64,000 bases of DNA from Octopus sinensis (taxonomy: Eukaryota). This document shows, piece after piece, positions 1-12,487 of the stretch. The notes beneath the pieces were generated by a model that saw only the letters and a program-made list of their open reading frames with translations, was not told the DNA's origin and made no database searches. Position 1 is the stretch's first letter. The number at the start of each line of letters is the position of its first letter. The translations under genes and the position numbers were made by a program. The stretch is from positions 25,110,001-25,174,000 of the forward strand of contig NC_042997.1 in the NCBI RefSeq assembly GCF_006345805.1. Reading direction: 5' to 3'.

Positions 1-424
1 TGCCTCTGAAAATATTGTTTCCAAATACGATTGGTGTTTTGACTCTGTGATATTGTTCTGTTATGCACTATTAGCATTTTAATGTACTTTAGCCTATAAC
101 ATTTATTCTATATTTTCTGACATTGCTGTCGACTAGAGACACCAGATGAAACTGGTTCAGCCTCACACAATGAAACACGTGTGCTATTGATCTGACACAG
201 TATTCGATTTAAGCTCTTGCCTTAATTACGAGCTGCTTTTTAATGCTACCAAACTATTACCTATACATTTCACCTAACACACGAAGCGGTTATAATGGAC
301 GGATGAAGATAAATATTCATTTATTTGATTTTTGACTTTACGTGACCTTTAATTTGGACAAGTTAGGTGGTCAATACAATTAAATTCGAGGATGTTTTTA
401 AAGCAAGGACCACAATTGTTTGTT

Positions 425-687
425 CCTTCTCAAGCTATGCCTAGCTCACAGAGCCGGAGCCGCTTTCCCGGTTTCCTTGGCGTTTAGGTTCCCAAGATGC
501 AAGAGGAAAGAGTGAGAGAAAGTTGTGACGAAAGATTCAGCAGAATTTCACCGTTACCTTCTGCCGGAGCTGCGTGGAGCTTAGGTGTTTCGCTCATATA
601 CACACACATCGCCCGGTCTGAGATTCGAACCCGCGATCCCTCCACCGCGAGTCTGCTTCTCTAACCACTAGGCCATGTGCCTCCACA
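425..687 (-). mobile_element. tRNA-derived SINE (head type C, tail containing GGAAACCGGGAAA)
   Basis: Minus strand reads TGTGGAGGCACATGGCCTAGTGGTTAGAG (A box) and GGTTCGAATCTC (B box). The head is related to those at 36934, 53867, 55981 and 61435. Confidence 0.8.
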
Positions 688-841
688 AAGATCACAATTA
701 CGAAGTACTAAATTAAGCAAAGAAACGTAAATAATTAAGTGTTGTTTCATCAATCAAAGGAATTTAAATTCTAGCTTCAAAATCAACATCTCGATTTCAA
801 AAGTGTGAAGTGTAAAGCTTGCGCTATCAGAATGATCTTAG

Positions 842-900
842 CCCCTTTTCACGAACATTTATGGGATTCTAGTAGGGTTCATACTACTTGTTGGAATTCG
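842..900 (+). CDS. Candidate coding exon, hydrophobic peptide PLFTNIYGILVGFILLVGI(R)
   Basis: cttAG acceptor (weak) and GTAAGC donor at 901. Open TM-like frame, phase-compatible with the exon at 7037. No family recognised. Confidence 0.2.
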
Positions 901-1128
901 GTAAGCAAAACTGAAATTCACGTTAAACGCATCACAAGAAAATATCTTAGGCTGATCTTCGAAAATCCGCAGTGATATACACAGACAACCGTACAGACAA
1001 GCTTGTTCAAATATATTTCAGATGTAGAGAAACAATTATGAATGTATGTGTGACTATGTACCACAGAGCGAGTGGAAGTCTTCTCTGCCCAAGTAATTTC
1101 AATTTGTGTTGGGCAGGTTATATGTGTA

Positions 1129-1130
1129 TG

Positions 1131-1222
<92 letters not shown>

Positions 1223-1257
1223 CCTACCTATCTCTCTCTCTCTCTCTCTCTCTCCTC

Positions 1258-1289
<32 letters not shown>

Positions 1290-1293
1290 ATAT
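1129..1293. repeat. Compound microsatellite (TCTA)n-(TC)n-(TA)n
   Basis: Directly visible. It accounts for the spurious IYLS ORFs. Confidence 0.97.
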
Positions 1294-1396
1294 GCAGATT
1301 TTCTTCTTTATTTTCTTTCCTTGTTCCTTTCTGTGTTCCCTTTTTTTCACTTCCCGAGCGTTATACTAATGCATCTATTTGTTGTCTACACCACCT

Positions 1397-1548
1397 GTCG
1401 ACTTTGCCTTTCATCCTTTCGGGGTCGATTAAATAAGTACCAGTTACGCACTGGGGTAGATATAATCGACTTAATCCGTTTGTCTGTCCTTGTTTGTCTT
1501 CTCTCTGTTTAGCCCCTTGTGGGTAGTAAAGAAATAGGTATTAGCGTC
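1397..1548 (+). mobile_element. SINE family A, 3' half
   Basis: GTCGACTTTGCCTTTCATCCTTTCGGGGTCGAT core and CCCCTTGTGGGTAGTAAAGAAATAGGTATT tail, shared with more than ten copies in the window. Confidence 0.85.
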
Positions 1549-1726
1549 TTTTGGCGTCTATTTTCTGGCGCGTGGAGAGGCTCATAGCCAATCCCTTGTT
1601 ATAATTATATGTATATATATATATATATATAACGGGAAGCTTTATGAAAATAAACAAAGACGAAGGCAGGTGGAACAAAACGAACAATTGTATTAGTATG
1701 GCGCTCAGGAAATATAAATAAACAAG

Positions 1727-1764
1727 TCTTTAACGTTTCGAGCCTACGCTCTTCAACAGAAAGA
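1727..1764 (-). ncRNA. Minimal type-I hammerhead ribozyme motif (variant core CUGUUGA)
   Basis: Minus strand: UCUUU-CUGUUGA-A-GAGC-GUAG-GCUC-GAA-ACGU-U-AAAGA. Stem I UCUUU/AAAGA, stem II GAGC/GCUC, palindromic stem III ACGU. Confidence 0.65.
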
Positions 1765-2599
1765 TACACAGAGAGAGAAAAACACAGAAAGAAGGAGAAA
1801 AAAAAATGCGTGCAGTAGCTAACGAATCAACATGGCGATCTGATTTCGGCCAGAGGTCAAAGATCAAATCATGAGACCGAGAGCGAAATAAGGGGAGATA
1901 ATAGGGTTGATAAATGGGTTGAGGACCAGCTAAAATTGTGTGGGGGGGTCTGGATGTGTGTATGTATAGGGTTGGTGTATGTATTAGTATGTATAAGGGT
2001 GTGTGTGTGTGTGGTGTGTGTGTATGTATGAGAGAGTATTAGTGCGTAAGATTGGTCTGGACGTGCGTATGTATGGGGTTGGTGTATGTATTAGTATGTA
2101 TTAGTATGTATTAGTACGTATTGGTATGTATAGGTGTGTGTGTGTGTGTGTGAGAGAGTATAAGTGCGTATGCGGGGTCTGGACGTGTGTATGTATAGGG
2201 TTGGTGTAAGTATTAGTATGTACTAGTATGTATTAGTACGTATTAGTATGTATTAGTTGGTGTGTGTATTAGTATGGCACATCATATGTGATGTGATGTG
2301 TAAAGTCATGTGGTGTAGTGAGAAGAGGGGGAGGGGAAGAAGAGGGGGAGGAGAAGGGGGAAGAGGAGACGATGGGGGAGAAGGAAGGTGAGGAGGGGGA
2401 TGAAGGAGGAAAGAGGGAGAGGGGAGAGAGAGAAGGGGAGAGAGGGAGTGAGGGAGCAGAGGGAAGGGGAAGAAGGGAGGGAGAAAGAGGGAAGAAGGGA
2501 GGGGAGTAGGGGTGAAGGATGAAGGACTGAAGAAGTAGGGGTCGGGGGGAGAAAGGATAGGTGAGGAGGGGGGGAGAGGGGGTTAGATGAGGAGGGGGG

Positions 2600-5095
2600 G
2601 AGAGTTGAGACCAAATGGCGTATAAGAGCGAAGAGAGAAGATTAATTCCTGTTCACGCGCAAACGGGAATCCGGATGGCCTCTGTGTAAGGACAAACCGA
2701 ACACAGATAGGTGTTGCAAGGAGTGACCGGTGGAGCGGAAATGGCGTGAGACCGGTGTGTCGTTCGCAAGTGGGATGTCACGAAGGTGTTCCGCGAACCG
2801 GTCAGCCAAGCGGCGTCCCGTTTGTCCGATGTACAAGGATTGCAGAGAGAGCAAGAGATGCAATAGATAATTTGCTGGAGGTGCAGGTGAAGGAGTGGAT
2901 GATGGGATAGGGTCGATGGTGGGTGCTAGTGAGGCGGGTGGTGTTGGAGAGGTAAGGGCAAGTGCGGAAACGTGGGCGGGAGCAGGGGAACGAGCCGGGT
3001 TGGGAGGTAGGGTCAGGGAAGGAGCTATGGACCAAAAGGTCTCGAAGGTTGTGGGCTCGTTTGAAAGAGGGGAGGGGTCGGTTAGGGAAGAGGTGTGAAG
3101 TGGACGGGTCGGACTGGAGATGACGGAAAGCTCGAAGAATGGTGCGTTGGAGACGTAGGGTCGTGGGGTGGTAAGTGAGGGGAAAAGGGAGGCGGGAGAC
3201 TACAGGGCGGGTTCGGGGAGAGAGAGCAGATACACGGTCCACGGACCGTGCTCTGGCAAGGGCGGTGTGGATAGTGGTGAGGGGGTATCCACGTAGGGTG
3301 AAGTGGTGAGCCATACGTTGAGACTGAGTCTCAAAGTCATGGTCGTCACTACAGAGCCTACGTAGACGGAGGAATTGGGAATAGGGGATGGAAAGCTTGG
3401 TGTGTTCTGGGTGGGAGGAAGAGAAGTTGAGGTATGAGTGTGAGTCTGTGTGTTTGTAGTGAATGGAGGTGGTAAGAGTGGAGTGAAGAATGCTAACCGA
3501 AATGTCGAGGAAGGAGACAGAGGTGTTGGAGATAGTGGAAGTGAAGTGGAGGGCTGGATGGAAAGATTGGACGAAAGAGAGGAAGAATCTAGATGTTCGC
3601 GGGAGAGTGAGGTGGCACCGATAATGTCGTCAATATAACGACCATATAGTTCAGGAGTGGGACCAGTGAAATTAGAGAATATTTGGGCCCAACATAGCCA
3701 ACGAACAGGTTCGCATAGTTGGGGCCCATTCGCGTTCCCATGGCCACTCCCGAGACCTGATGGTAGAACTCGCCCGCGAACGAGAAGCAGTTCAGAGTAA
3801 GGACAAGTTCGGCCAGACGAATGAGTGTGGAGGTGTCAGGTACAGGGTTAGAGCGGAGGTCAAGAAAGTGTCGAAGGGCCTGCAGTCCTTCGTGGTGAGG
3901 GATAACAGTATAGAGGCTTTGGATGTCCATAGTAAAAAGGATTTTGGAGGAGCTGGGAGGAAAGAGAAAGAGTTGAAAAGCCGGAGAGCATGGTTGGTAT
4001 CGTGGATGTGGGAGGGAAGAGATGCCACTAGGGGGGCAAGGACACGGTCGAGGTATTTAGAGATGAGCTCCGTGGGGCAGTTACAGGCAGAGACGATGGG
4101 GCGGCCAGGGTTGTTGGGTTTGTGGATTTTGGGGAGGAAGTAAATGGTGGGGGTACGTGGGGTTCGCACAATTAGGTTGGATGCGGTGCGGGGGAGACGG
4201 GAGGACGAGATGAGGTCTTGGACAGTAGAGGATACCGTCTGTTGGTAGCTACGTGTGGGGTTAGAGGGCAGAGGGGAATAGAAGGAGGTGTCATTGAGTT
4301 GGCGGAAAGCCTCGCCCTATAGAGGTCCGCGCGCCACACACACTACAGCTCCACCCTTGTCAGCCGGTTTGATGATAATGTCAGCGCGCCGTTGGAGGAA
4401 CGAAGAGCCAAGAGCTCAGCCGGGGAGATGTTGAGGCGGCGTTGGCGCCTGGAGAAGTTGAACCGCTCCAATGCACGCTGACAAGCGCCCGCGAAAAGAT
4501 CCACTGCTAGGATCTGGCCAGGGGCGGCGTCCACGGGGATGGTCAGCGGCCCAGGCCAGTGAAGCAGTCGTCCTCTTCGTGGGGTGTGGGTGGCGAGTCG
4601 TGGTAATGCGCACCCAACCGGACACGGCGCACAAAGCTGTGGACATCAACTCGCGTCTGGAATTCCTTACAGGATGGAGTGAGGGGGATGAAACGCAGAC
4701 CCCTACCAAGGACGGAGCGTTCAGCCGCAGAGAGGGGAAGATCGGGGGGAATGGTAACAACAGACGGAAGTGGAGAAGGGGTGGGTGGAATAGAAGTAGG
4801 AGGGGTGGTAGGTCTCGTGGAGGTCTGAGGGGGAGGGATTGGGGAGGGGGTTGGGGGTGGTTGGGCGGTGCTAGGGTTAGGTGTAGGTGGATGGAGCCTA
4901 ACGGGGGGGAGAAGGGGTTGTAGGGAGGGGCAGTGGGGTTAGGTGTGGGTGGATGGAGCCTATCGGGAGGGGAGAAGGTGGTGGAGGAGTTGGGGTAGTG
5001 GCGTCGGGTAGGGTGGAATTGAAGAGTGATTGGAGTTTACGAAGTTTGGTATCAGAAAGAAATTGATGGAAGAGTTGATTCAAATGGATAATGAA
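2600..5095 (-). pseudogene. Frameshifted PLE ORF: reverse transcriptase + Cys/His linker + GIY-YIG endonuclease
   Basis: Across frames: LGRGLRFIP, IIKPADKGGAVVV, YFLPKIHKPNNPGRPIVS, MDIQSLYTVIP, QVSGVAMGTRMGPNYANLF, YIDDI, CSRPRFRTC, YIGQTGRRLADRFAEH, EQELIFSLRSYTPFGLN. Confidence 0.92.
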
Positions 5096-5145
5096 GCGTA
5101 TATATATATATATATATATAATATATATATATATATGAGTGTGTG

Positions 5146-5181
<36 letters not shown>

Positions 5182-5450
5182 CTACTACTAAAATCTGCTT
5201 TGTATAGAGCTATTTATAAAAGAGGTTAATATTGAGAGATAAGCTAATACACTTAAATGCTGTAACGCAATTATCTCAGTTAAGCCTGCTATTTATCCCT
5301 ATTTATCTTGATTATAAACATTGTTAAATAATTCTAGGTGATAGGAAATGAATGCAAATAACAAAATTGATTGTCATATGAATGATTCATTTTTGCTAGC
5401 GATAACCTGAAAAAAAGTTAAATAAAATCTCTTTGTAACCTGTTTTGTAG

Positions 5451-5540
5451 CCTGGTGTTGATTTTTCTTACTTTTTGTCAAGAAAGAATGTAGTGCTCAC
5501 ACTCAGTATGGAGACTTCAAAACTAGTGAAGAGATGGGAG
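5451..5540 (+). CDS. Candidate 90-nt exon PGVDFSYFLSRKNVVLTLSMETSKLVKRWE
   Basis: ctctttgtaacctgttttgtAG acceptor, GAG|GTATGT donor, single open frame (phase 0-0). Unidentified. Confidence 0.3.
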
Positions 5541-5550
5541 GTATGTATCG

Positions 5551-5866
5551 TTAAACTGCAAAACGGACCCGAATGTTTACACGAGAATGGACTTGACTAA
5601 AGTTGCCAGGTGCTAGTGTTAACCCGGACGATGAATTAAGTTTGCAACCTCTAAATAGGTTATATTGCGATTTGAAGCCAGATCGTAACGAGCCGAAGAA
5701 TTGGAACGTATCCGATCCAAAAGTTTTGCGTTCCAGTATTGATTCCGAAAGGAGGAAAGGCGAAGGTGGCATGGCCCGGATTTGAACTGAGTGCACGGAT
5801 AACCGGAAGAAATACAGTGAAGGATGCTGTCCGATGATCTAGCATTCGGCCAATTCACCGCCATAA
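5551..5866 (-). mobile_element. Divergent SINE-A-like element with a unique 3' region
   Basis: Minus strand GGCGGTGAATTGGCCGAATGCTAG (A box), GTTCAAATCC (B box) and TTCGCCTTTCCTCCTTTCGGAATCAATA (family A core-like), followed by a tail not seen elsewhere here. Confidence 0.55.
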
Positions 5867-5900
5867 TAAACTACTCAAGGGTAAGTATATGTAATACACA

Positions 5901-6135
5901 AAGGCGGCGAGTTGGCAGAAACGTTAGCACGCCGGGCGAAGTGCGTAGCCGTATTTCGTCTGTCTTTACGTTCCGAGTTCAAATTCCGCCGAGGTCGACT
6001 TTGCCTTTCATCCTTTCGGGGTCGATAAATTAAGTACCAGTTACGCAATGGGGTCGATGGAATCGACTTAATCCGTTTGCCTGTCCTTGTTTGTCCCCTC
6101 TGTGTTTAGCCCCTTGTGGGTAGTAAAGAAATATA
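5901..6135 (+). mobile_element. SINE family A, full length
   Basis: AAGGCGGCGAGTTGGCAGAAACGTTAGC head, GAGTTCAAATTCCGCC B box, family core and tail. Confidence 0.9.
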
Positions 6136-6498
6136 TATGTAATACACTGGCCAAGAAGCATAGGAGAAGCAAAAGCAATTATATTCATGCATACTTAACC
6201 AATTTCGGAAATAAAATATATATGCATTTTGTACTAATTATTTCTCATAGATTCAATTGCACAATTTTGTCTCAAAATCTGTACATACAAAACACATACA
6301 CACATACAAACACGCACTCAAACACACATACATGTATGTGTGAGCGCATATCTGTGTGCGTGAATGTGTGTGTGTTTGTTTTTCCTCAAATAAAATTTGT
6401 AACCGTCATTGTAGCGTGTTATAGAAAATATAAAGAAATATTTTAACTCAATAATAATTCATTGATCTGCATACCTATTCACACATATATACACATAT

Positions 6499-6917
6499 GT
6501 ATTTCTTTACTACCCACAAGGGGCCAAACATAGAGGGGACAAACAAAGACAGACAAAGGGATTAAGTCGATTACATCGACCCCTGTGCGAAACTAGTACT
6601 TAATTTATCGACCCCGAGAGGATGAAAGGCAAAGTCGATCTCGGCGGAATTTGAACTCAGAATGTAACGACAGACGAAATACCTATTTCTTTATTACCCA
6701 CAAGGGGCTAAACACAGAGGGGACAAACAAAGACAGACATAGGTATTAAGTCGATTAGATCGACCCCAGTGCGTAACTGGTACTTAATTTATCGACCCCG
6801 AGAGGATGAAAGGCAAAGTCGATCTTGGCGGAATTTGAACTCAGAATGTAACGACAGACGAAATACGGCAACGCATTTCGCCCGGCGTGCTAACGTTTCT
6901 GCCAGCTCGCCGCCCTT
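6499..6917 (-). mobile_element. SINE family A head-to-tail dimer (one full and one headless unit)
   Basis: Two consecutive core+tail units joined at GACGAAATACCTATTTC (about 6676-6690). Confidence 0.88.
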
Positions 6918-7036
6918 GAAATATATATACACATATATTCTCAAACAGATACACGTATATGCTCAAACACACGCACATAAACATACATAGTATAGAAACA
7001 CGTATAATCACAAACATATAAGCGTGTCGCGTTCAG

Positions 7037-7079
7037 CAAAACAATTTACTGGATGATCCCTAAGTTCCAGCGTATGTTT
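7037..7079 (+). CDS. Candidate 43-nt exon (R)KTIYWMIPKFQRMF
   Basis: gttcAG acceptor, TTT|GTAAGT donor, one open frame. Unidentified. Confidence 0.3.
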
Positions 7080-7481
7080 GTAAGTATACTATCAATAACG
7101 AAAGAGTTGTGGTGAAACGTACCAGCCATCCGTAAGGGAGGAGATGTGAAAGAGAGCAAATAGCGAGGGAGAAATAGTAAAAAAGAGAGAGAAAGAGAGA
7201 GAGACAGAGAGACGATACTGAAATTTGACGAGAACGACACAGAGAGAAAGATGCAAAAAGAAGTAAGAAAGCGAACAAACATATTTCTCTAGTTTCTTGT
7301 CGTGACTGGTACATACCTCAATCAACAGCTGCTCTAACAAGACTGTCTTTATTCACACATTCGTAATGAAATCCCTCAATGACCAGTATATTTATTGTAG
7401 CAAGTTGCTGCTAACGTTAACTGTAAGGTATTTAGTTACTCCTTTTGTATCGTTCCTTTTTCCTCATCTTTCATCGCCCGT

Positions 7482-7539
<58 letters not shown>

Positions 7540-7543
7540 TATA

Positions 7544-7599
<56 letters not shown>

Positions 7600-7815
7600 C
7601 TACAAATATAGTAACTGGTAAAGTTATGTAGATACAAATGTTTTATTTTTCTTTCAATATATTATTATCTTATAGATTTCTTTTTTTTTCTTTTTCACTT
7701 GACCCAGCCATTAAACCAGCAGTTGGTTGGTCTCCAAGACATAGTAGAAAAATCTCTTTCAATTTTACACCATTTAATGTAAAAAAATAAACTAATACAT
7801 TAATTCTTTCTACTA

Positions 7816-8933
7816 CACAACGTAATAATTTTTTTTTTTAATTTGTTTATTGTATTTTGTTTTTGTTAATCAATCCATTTTTTTCTGCTGATTCCAAAAA
7901 TGAAATTATTTTTTGTGTATCATCAACAGTTAAAAAAATATGCCGACTTTCAATGTTATTATGTATTCGGTATTGTTATAATGTTCCGCTATTAAATGTA
8001 TGTTTAATTTTCTCTTTCAGGCCAATTTCTAAGTTCTGCTACTTTCAGGATGGCTACTAGTATGTGTAAAAATTCTCCTGATACATTTTGCTATGTGTGC
8101 GGTTATTATATTGGAAAAAAGTAGGTATTACATAAGATCGCGAAAGGTGCTAAATTGTGGATAGCGTACAGACTATTTCGGAATGCCCATGGGTGACCAG
8201 GACAAACCATGGGCCCCCACATGTGATATGTGGAAGCTGTCAGTCTACTCTAGAATGATGGTTTAGAGGTACAGGAAGGTCAATGTCGTTTGCCATTCCA
8301 AGGGTATGGAGAGAGCCAAAGAACCATCACGATGACTGTTACAAAGTACAGAAAAGTGAAAAGAAGACAAGCTCTTCAGTATTCAGACAAACCATCATCT
8401 AGAGCACCTGACAGTTTACGAGTACCACTACCACCAGAAAATATTTCATCTGAAGAGTCAACAAGTAGCAGCACCCAAGAAATGGAGGAAGCTTTCGTAC
8501 CATGAACGACTTCAGAGCTTCACTTTCCAAATCAGAGTGAGCTAGATGATTTAATCGGGGATCTGGGTCTTACTAAGTCAAGAGCTGAACTTTCATGAAG
8601 GTTGAAGGAATGGAATCTACTGGGGGAAGACTGGAAGACATTTGTGTACTGGAAACGCCATGGAGTGAAGATCATGGTGAGAGATTTCATCAGGACGTCG
8701 CAACTATGGAAAGAAGATACCAAGGACGATGGAATACTGCTATGATGGGAGATTATATATGGTCTCTAGTCATATGAGATGAAGGTATACACTCGAGAAA
8801 ATCTCGATCGTGAAAGCACTTCTCTTCTTAAGAAAAGAGTTATCAAGGCATTTATAGTGCAGAGTTTTATTGTTTCTTTTTCTTCTAACTTCATAAATAC
8901 CTTTCAATATATGAAAAAGTACTAAATGTTGTG
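7816..8933 (+). mobile_element. Internally deleted DNA transposon, CMC superfamily (Chapaev3-like)
   Basis: CACAAC...GTTGTG termini. Degraded transposase motifs MCKNSPDTFCYVCG, GDQDKPWAPH, WREPKNHHDDCY and SEDHGERFHQDVATMERRYQGRW (about 8050-8777). The subfamily call is from recalled motifs. Confidence 0.7.
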
Positions 8934-9225
8934 TAATTATCCTTACAATACAGAATAGATTGAACCAACAAAGTGCTGTAGAGAAAAGTTACAAATATAA
9001 CGAGCAAATACGAAATTAGGAATAAATAAATAACTATTGATGTTACGTCAAAACGAATGTGATTTTTGAATTTAGTGACAAAAAAATGCATATATGAACA
9101 TTACAATATACAAATAAACAAAACATGTGTTACATTGTGTAATGTTTAGTTTCAGCTTAACCTGACTAAGAATATAAATAGTCAGATGTATTTCAAAACT
9201 GGAAATACTGCTGTTATTATGTGTG

Positions 9226-9293
<68 letters not shown>

Positions 9294-9415
9294 GGATGAA
9301 TGAATTATCCTTTGTTTACAGATAACATGGAAAATTGTCTTCGAAACATATGTCGAAAGTAAAAGTATTTGAATAACACCTGCGTTCAATTCCATTTATT
9401 TGCTGATATACATAT

Positions 9416-9468
<53 letters not shown>

Positions 9469-10523
9469 TTATATATATATATATATCGAGTAGCGTGTGC
9501 ATATATACCCTTATTTAAAGGCATTGCCATGTGATTTAAGTGAATGTAGCTGCTTTTTCTTTAAAGATGACTTAATCGTTTTAAACCGTTTTGTGTAAAT
9601 ATAAGCAAACAGTTTCAGAAATATGCGAATTAATTCTTACGTGATAAATGCTAAGTACTAAATAGACCGTTATATTCATTTGTTGAGACCCATCTGGCAC
9701 GAAATAGAAAACCGATTATGTTATTGGAAGAAAATATCATTCCACTGCTGTAGGACATTTCAGCTCCTTACTTCTTTTCAATTCAATTCACCTTCACCAA
9801 AATTCTTGTAGCAATTAACCTTTCTGAACTGACAAATTTTCTGAGATTCGAAGCCAATTGTAAATTGGAACATATTTTCTCTGACGTTATAAACAGCAAC
9901 GTATTTAATTATCGAAAGTAATTCCTTTGGGTTTTAGTTTGCTTTCAGTTGTGATTTTTCTCTGCATGTCTCTCTGTTGTTCTTTCTATGTATATCTTAC
10001 TTTCTGCTTGTCTCTCCCCCCCCCTCTCTCTATAAAACAGTGATATATAGAATGTGCCTACTCTGCTCTCGGGTGATAGAAAACTGATGGGTGTTATGGG
10101 ATGAAGTGTGAGGGACAAAATGTAGACAAGTCAGAGAACGGATGGGGTGGGGTAGGATAGAGGCCCTCATAGACAAACATTACCAAGGTAATTTTATCAA
10201 TTCTGCTGCGGTGGACGGGTTATCTGAAGTACATACCTAATTTGTTTGAATGATCACAAAGATTATGCTTTTGTAATAAACAAATAAAATTTAGAGAGTT
10301 GGAAACACAGTGGCTCTCTCTCCTTTTTGATCTTGTCATATGAGTAAGTTTTCTATTGGCATATTTCTGTAGTTAATTAGTATTGTCAATAAAACTGAAA
10401 TAAAATAACTCATAAAAAGAAAATTGCAATTGTATAATGCACAAAACCTTTTTGTTTTATCTAAAACATTTGACACATATTATGTACCTTTTATCTTAAG
10501 TTCTATGCGTGTATGTATGTATA

Positions 10524-10938
10524 CTCTTACTTTTTACCCTTTTACTTGTTTCAGTCATTTGACTGTGGCCATGCTGGAGCAACGCCTTTAGTCGCGCAAA
10601 TCGATCCCAGGACATATTCTTTGTAAGCCCAGTACATATTCTATCGGTCTCTTTTGCCGAACCGCTAAGTAACGGGAACGTAGACACACCAGCATCGGTT
10701 GTCAAGTGATGTTGGGGGAACAAACACAGACACACAAACATATACACACACACACATGTATATATACATATATATGACGGGCTTCTTCCAGTTTCCGTCT
10801 ACCATATCCACTCACAAGGCTTTGGTCGGCCCGAGGCTATAGTAGAAGACACTTGCCCAAGGTGCCACCCAGTGTGACTGAACCCGGAACCATGTGGTTG
10901 GTAATCAAGCTACTTACCACACAGCCACTCCTACGCCT
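10524..10938 (-). mobile_element. SINE family B (CORE-like, CR1-type 3' tail)
   Basis: Minus strand TGGCTGTGTGGTAAGTAG head, CTTGGGCAAGTGTCTT core-like segment, GCTCCAGCATGGCCACAGTCAAATGACTGAAACAAGTAAAAG tail. Confidence 0.88.
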
Positions 10939-12487
10939 GTATATCTAAATATATATACATTTTTAATATGTATGTATGTATATACATACATACGCGCACA
11001 CGCACATGTATACATAATACATAAATATACGTATGTATATGTATATATGTGTAGGTGTGTGTGTGTGTGCGCGCATGCACAATACTTACATATATATAGC
11101 TATATCTCTTTTATCTATCCATCATTTTTTTTTCTGTTTGACGCATGTCTTCCTTTTATTTCTTCTTCCTAGCCTTAACGAGTAAAGAACTACTTGTTGC
11201 ATAGAAGCTTTTAGCAATTATATCAAAAAATGGTGTGAAGGAGTTTGGGATTTATTCACTTCACCCAACAGCAGAAACACAGAATTCAGAATTAGAATAT
11301 AAACAAAAAATATACGCCAATTTTCAGCATTATTAACTAACGTCGAAAGTACGAAAAAAAAAACAATCGATCTAACAGGGCTACAACAATTTAACCACAA
11401 AATAAACAGTAAATAGATTATTTGAGAATTAACATAAAACTACTATTTAACAAATAAAAAGCGGCCTCACTTACTCACCATCTTCCCCAACCCCGAATTG
11501 AAAGAAAAAGAAAAAGTTAAAATTTCGCAAATCGGGAAATATTACATTGTATGAAATTTATAGTAATTTTGAAGATACCTGGTAATTCATTCATTGATAT
11601 GCAACAATTAATTATGGCTAACAGAAATAGAGCACAATTATAGTTGGCATATAATTCATCATTTAGTTTATTGAAAATCGAGACCGTCGTGAAATCGAAA
11701 ATAAAATATAATTAAAAATAACATTTAAAAACACAATTTCGTCTGACGTAGACAAACAAACGAATAAAGGAGACAAAAAAATTATTGAAGAATATCATTA
11801 TCCGAGTGAAATAAAGATATCTTAATTAAATTGATCATGATTGAAACGGTGAAATTTCAGACAATAATTTGCCATATTTGCTAATGTCAGTCATTTGGAT
11901 TTCTTTAACAAATTACAATGTGTGTTGCAAACAATAAATTAAAAGAAATTATAGTCGTATGCTTCAGCAGCTCATTATCAGGTGTCTTTATTTGTCTTCG
12001 AAATTCTACACCGATTGAAAAGTAAAATAAAAAAATAAAAAATAAATAAAATAAAATAAAATAAAATAAAATAAAATAAAACAAAATAAAATGAATAAAT
12101 AAATAAATAAAAGATGATTATTTGAAGAACGAAACAGCAAGAAACTTTAAAAGAGAAATAATGTAAATAGAAAGCAAACTCTGATCAAAAGAAATTATTT
12201 CCGATACACGTGAAAATTTATGATGTCTTCGCCGATAGATTTTTTATTATTCTACTGAGTCATTTTCTTTATAGTTTTGTCATTATTGTTAAATAGATGG
12301 TCTCGTTTTCTGATAGAGAAGGCTTTCTTTCAATTTGTATTCGTCGCTGTGCACATCCTTATTGTAGTACACGCTGTTATATGTTATAGGGATTAAATAA
12401 GTCCTCTTCACTTTAAAGCTTGTTTGCAACTAGTTTAGAGTGGTGACTCAGCTGGTAAAGCAGATGAGTACAATTGTTCTTCTAGTT

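Larger units (their letters stand above)
1631..5098 (-). mobile_element. Penelope-like retroelement (probably Neptune-type), 5'-truncated, flanked by (TA)n on both sides
   Basis: RT and GIY-YIG motifs, a 3' pLTR-like end with a hammerhead motif, and (TA)n at 1606-1630 and 5099-5135. Confidence 0.92.

Noticed and set aside
138-190. Hammerhead-like CAGATGA...GAAACACGTGT
   Set aside because: The core and cleavage site are mutated and the stems are poor. At most it is a decayed PLE end.
972-1512. ORFs with IYLS, YI, CV, HT and poly-amino-acid runs here and throughout the ORF track
   Set aside because: They are translations of microsatellites with no coding signal.
5901-5990. tRNA genes at SINE heads
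   Set aside because: A and B boxes are present, but there is no complete cloverleaf and each runs into a SINE body.
11468-11500. Minus-strand AAGATG|GTGAGT first-exon-like site
   Set aside because: No compatible downstream exon was found.
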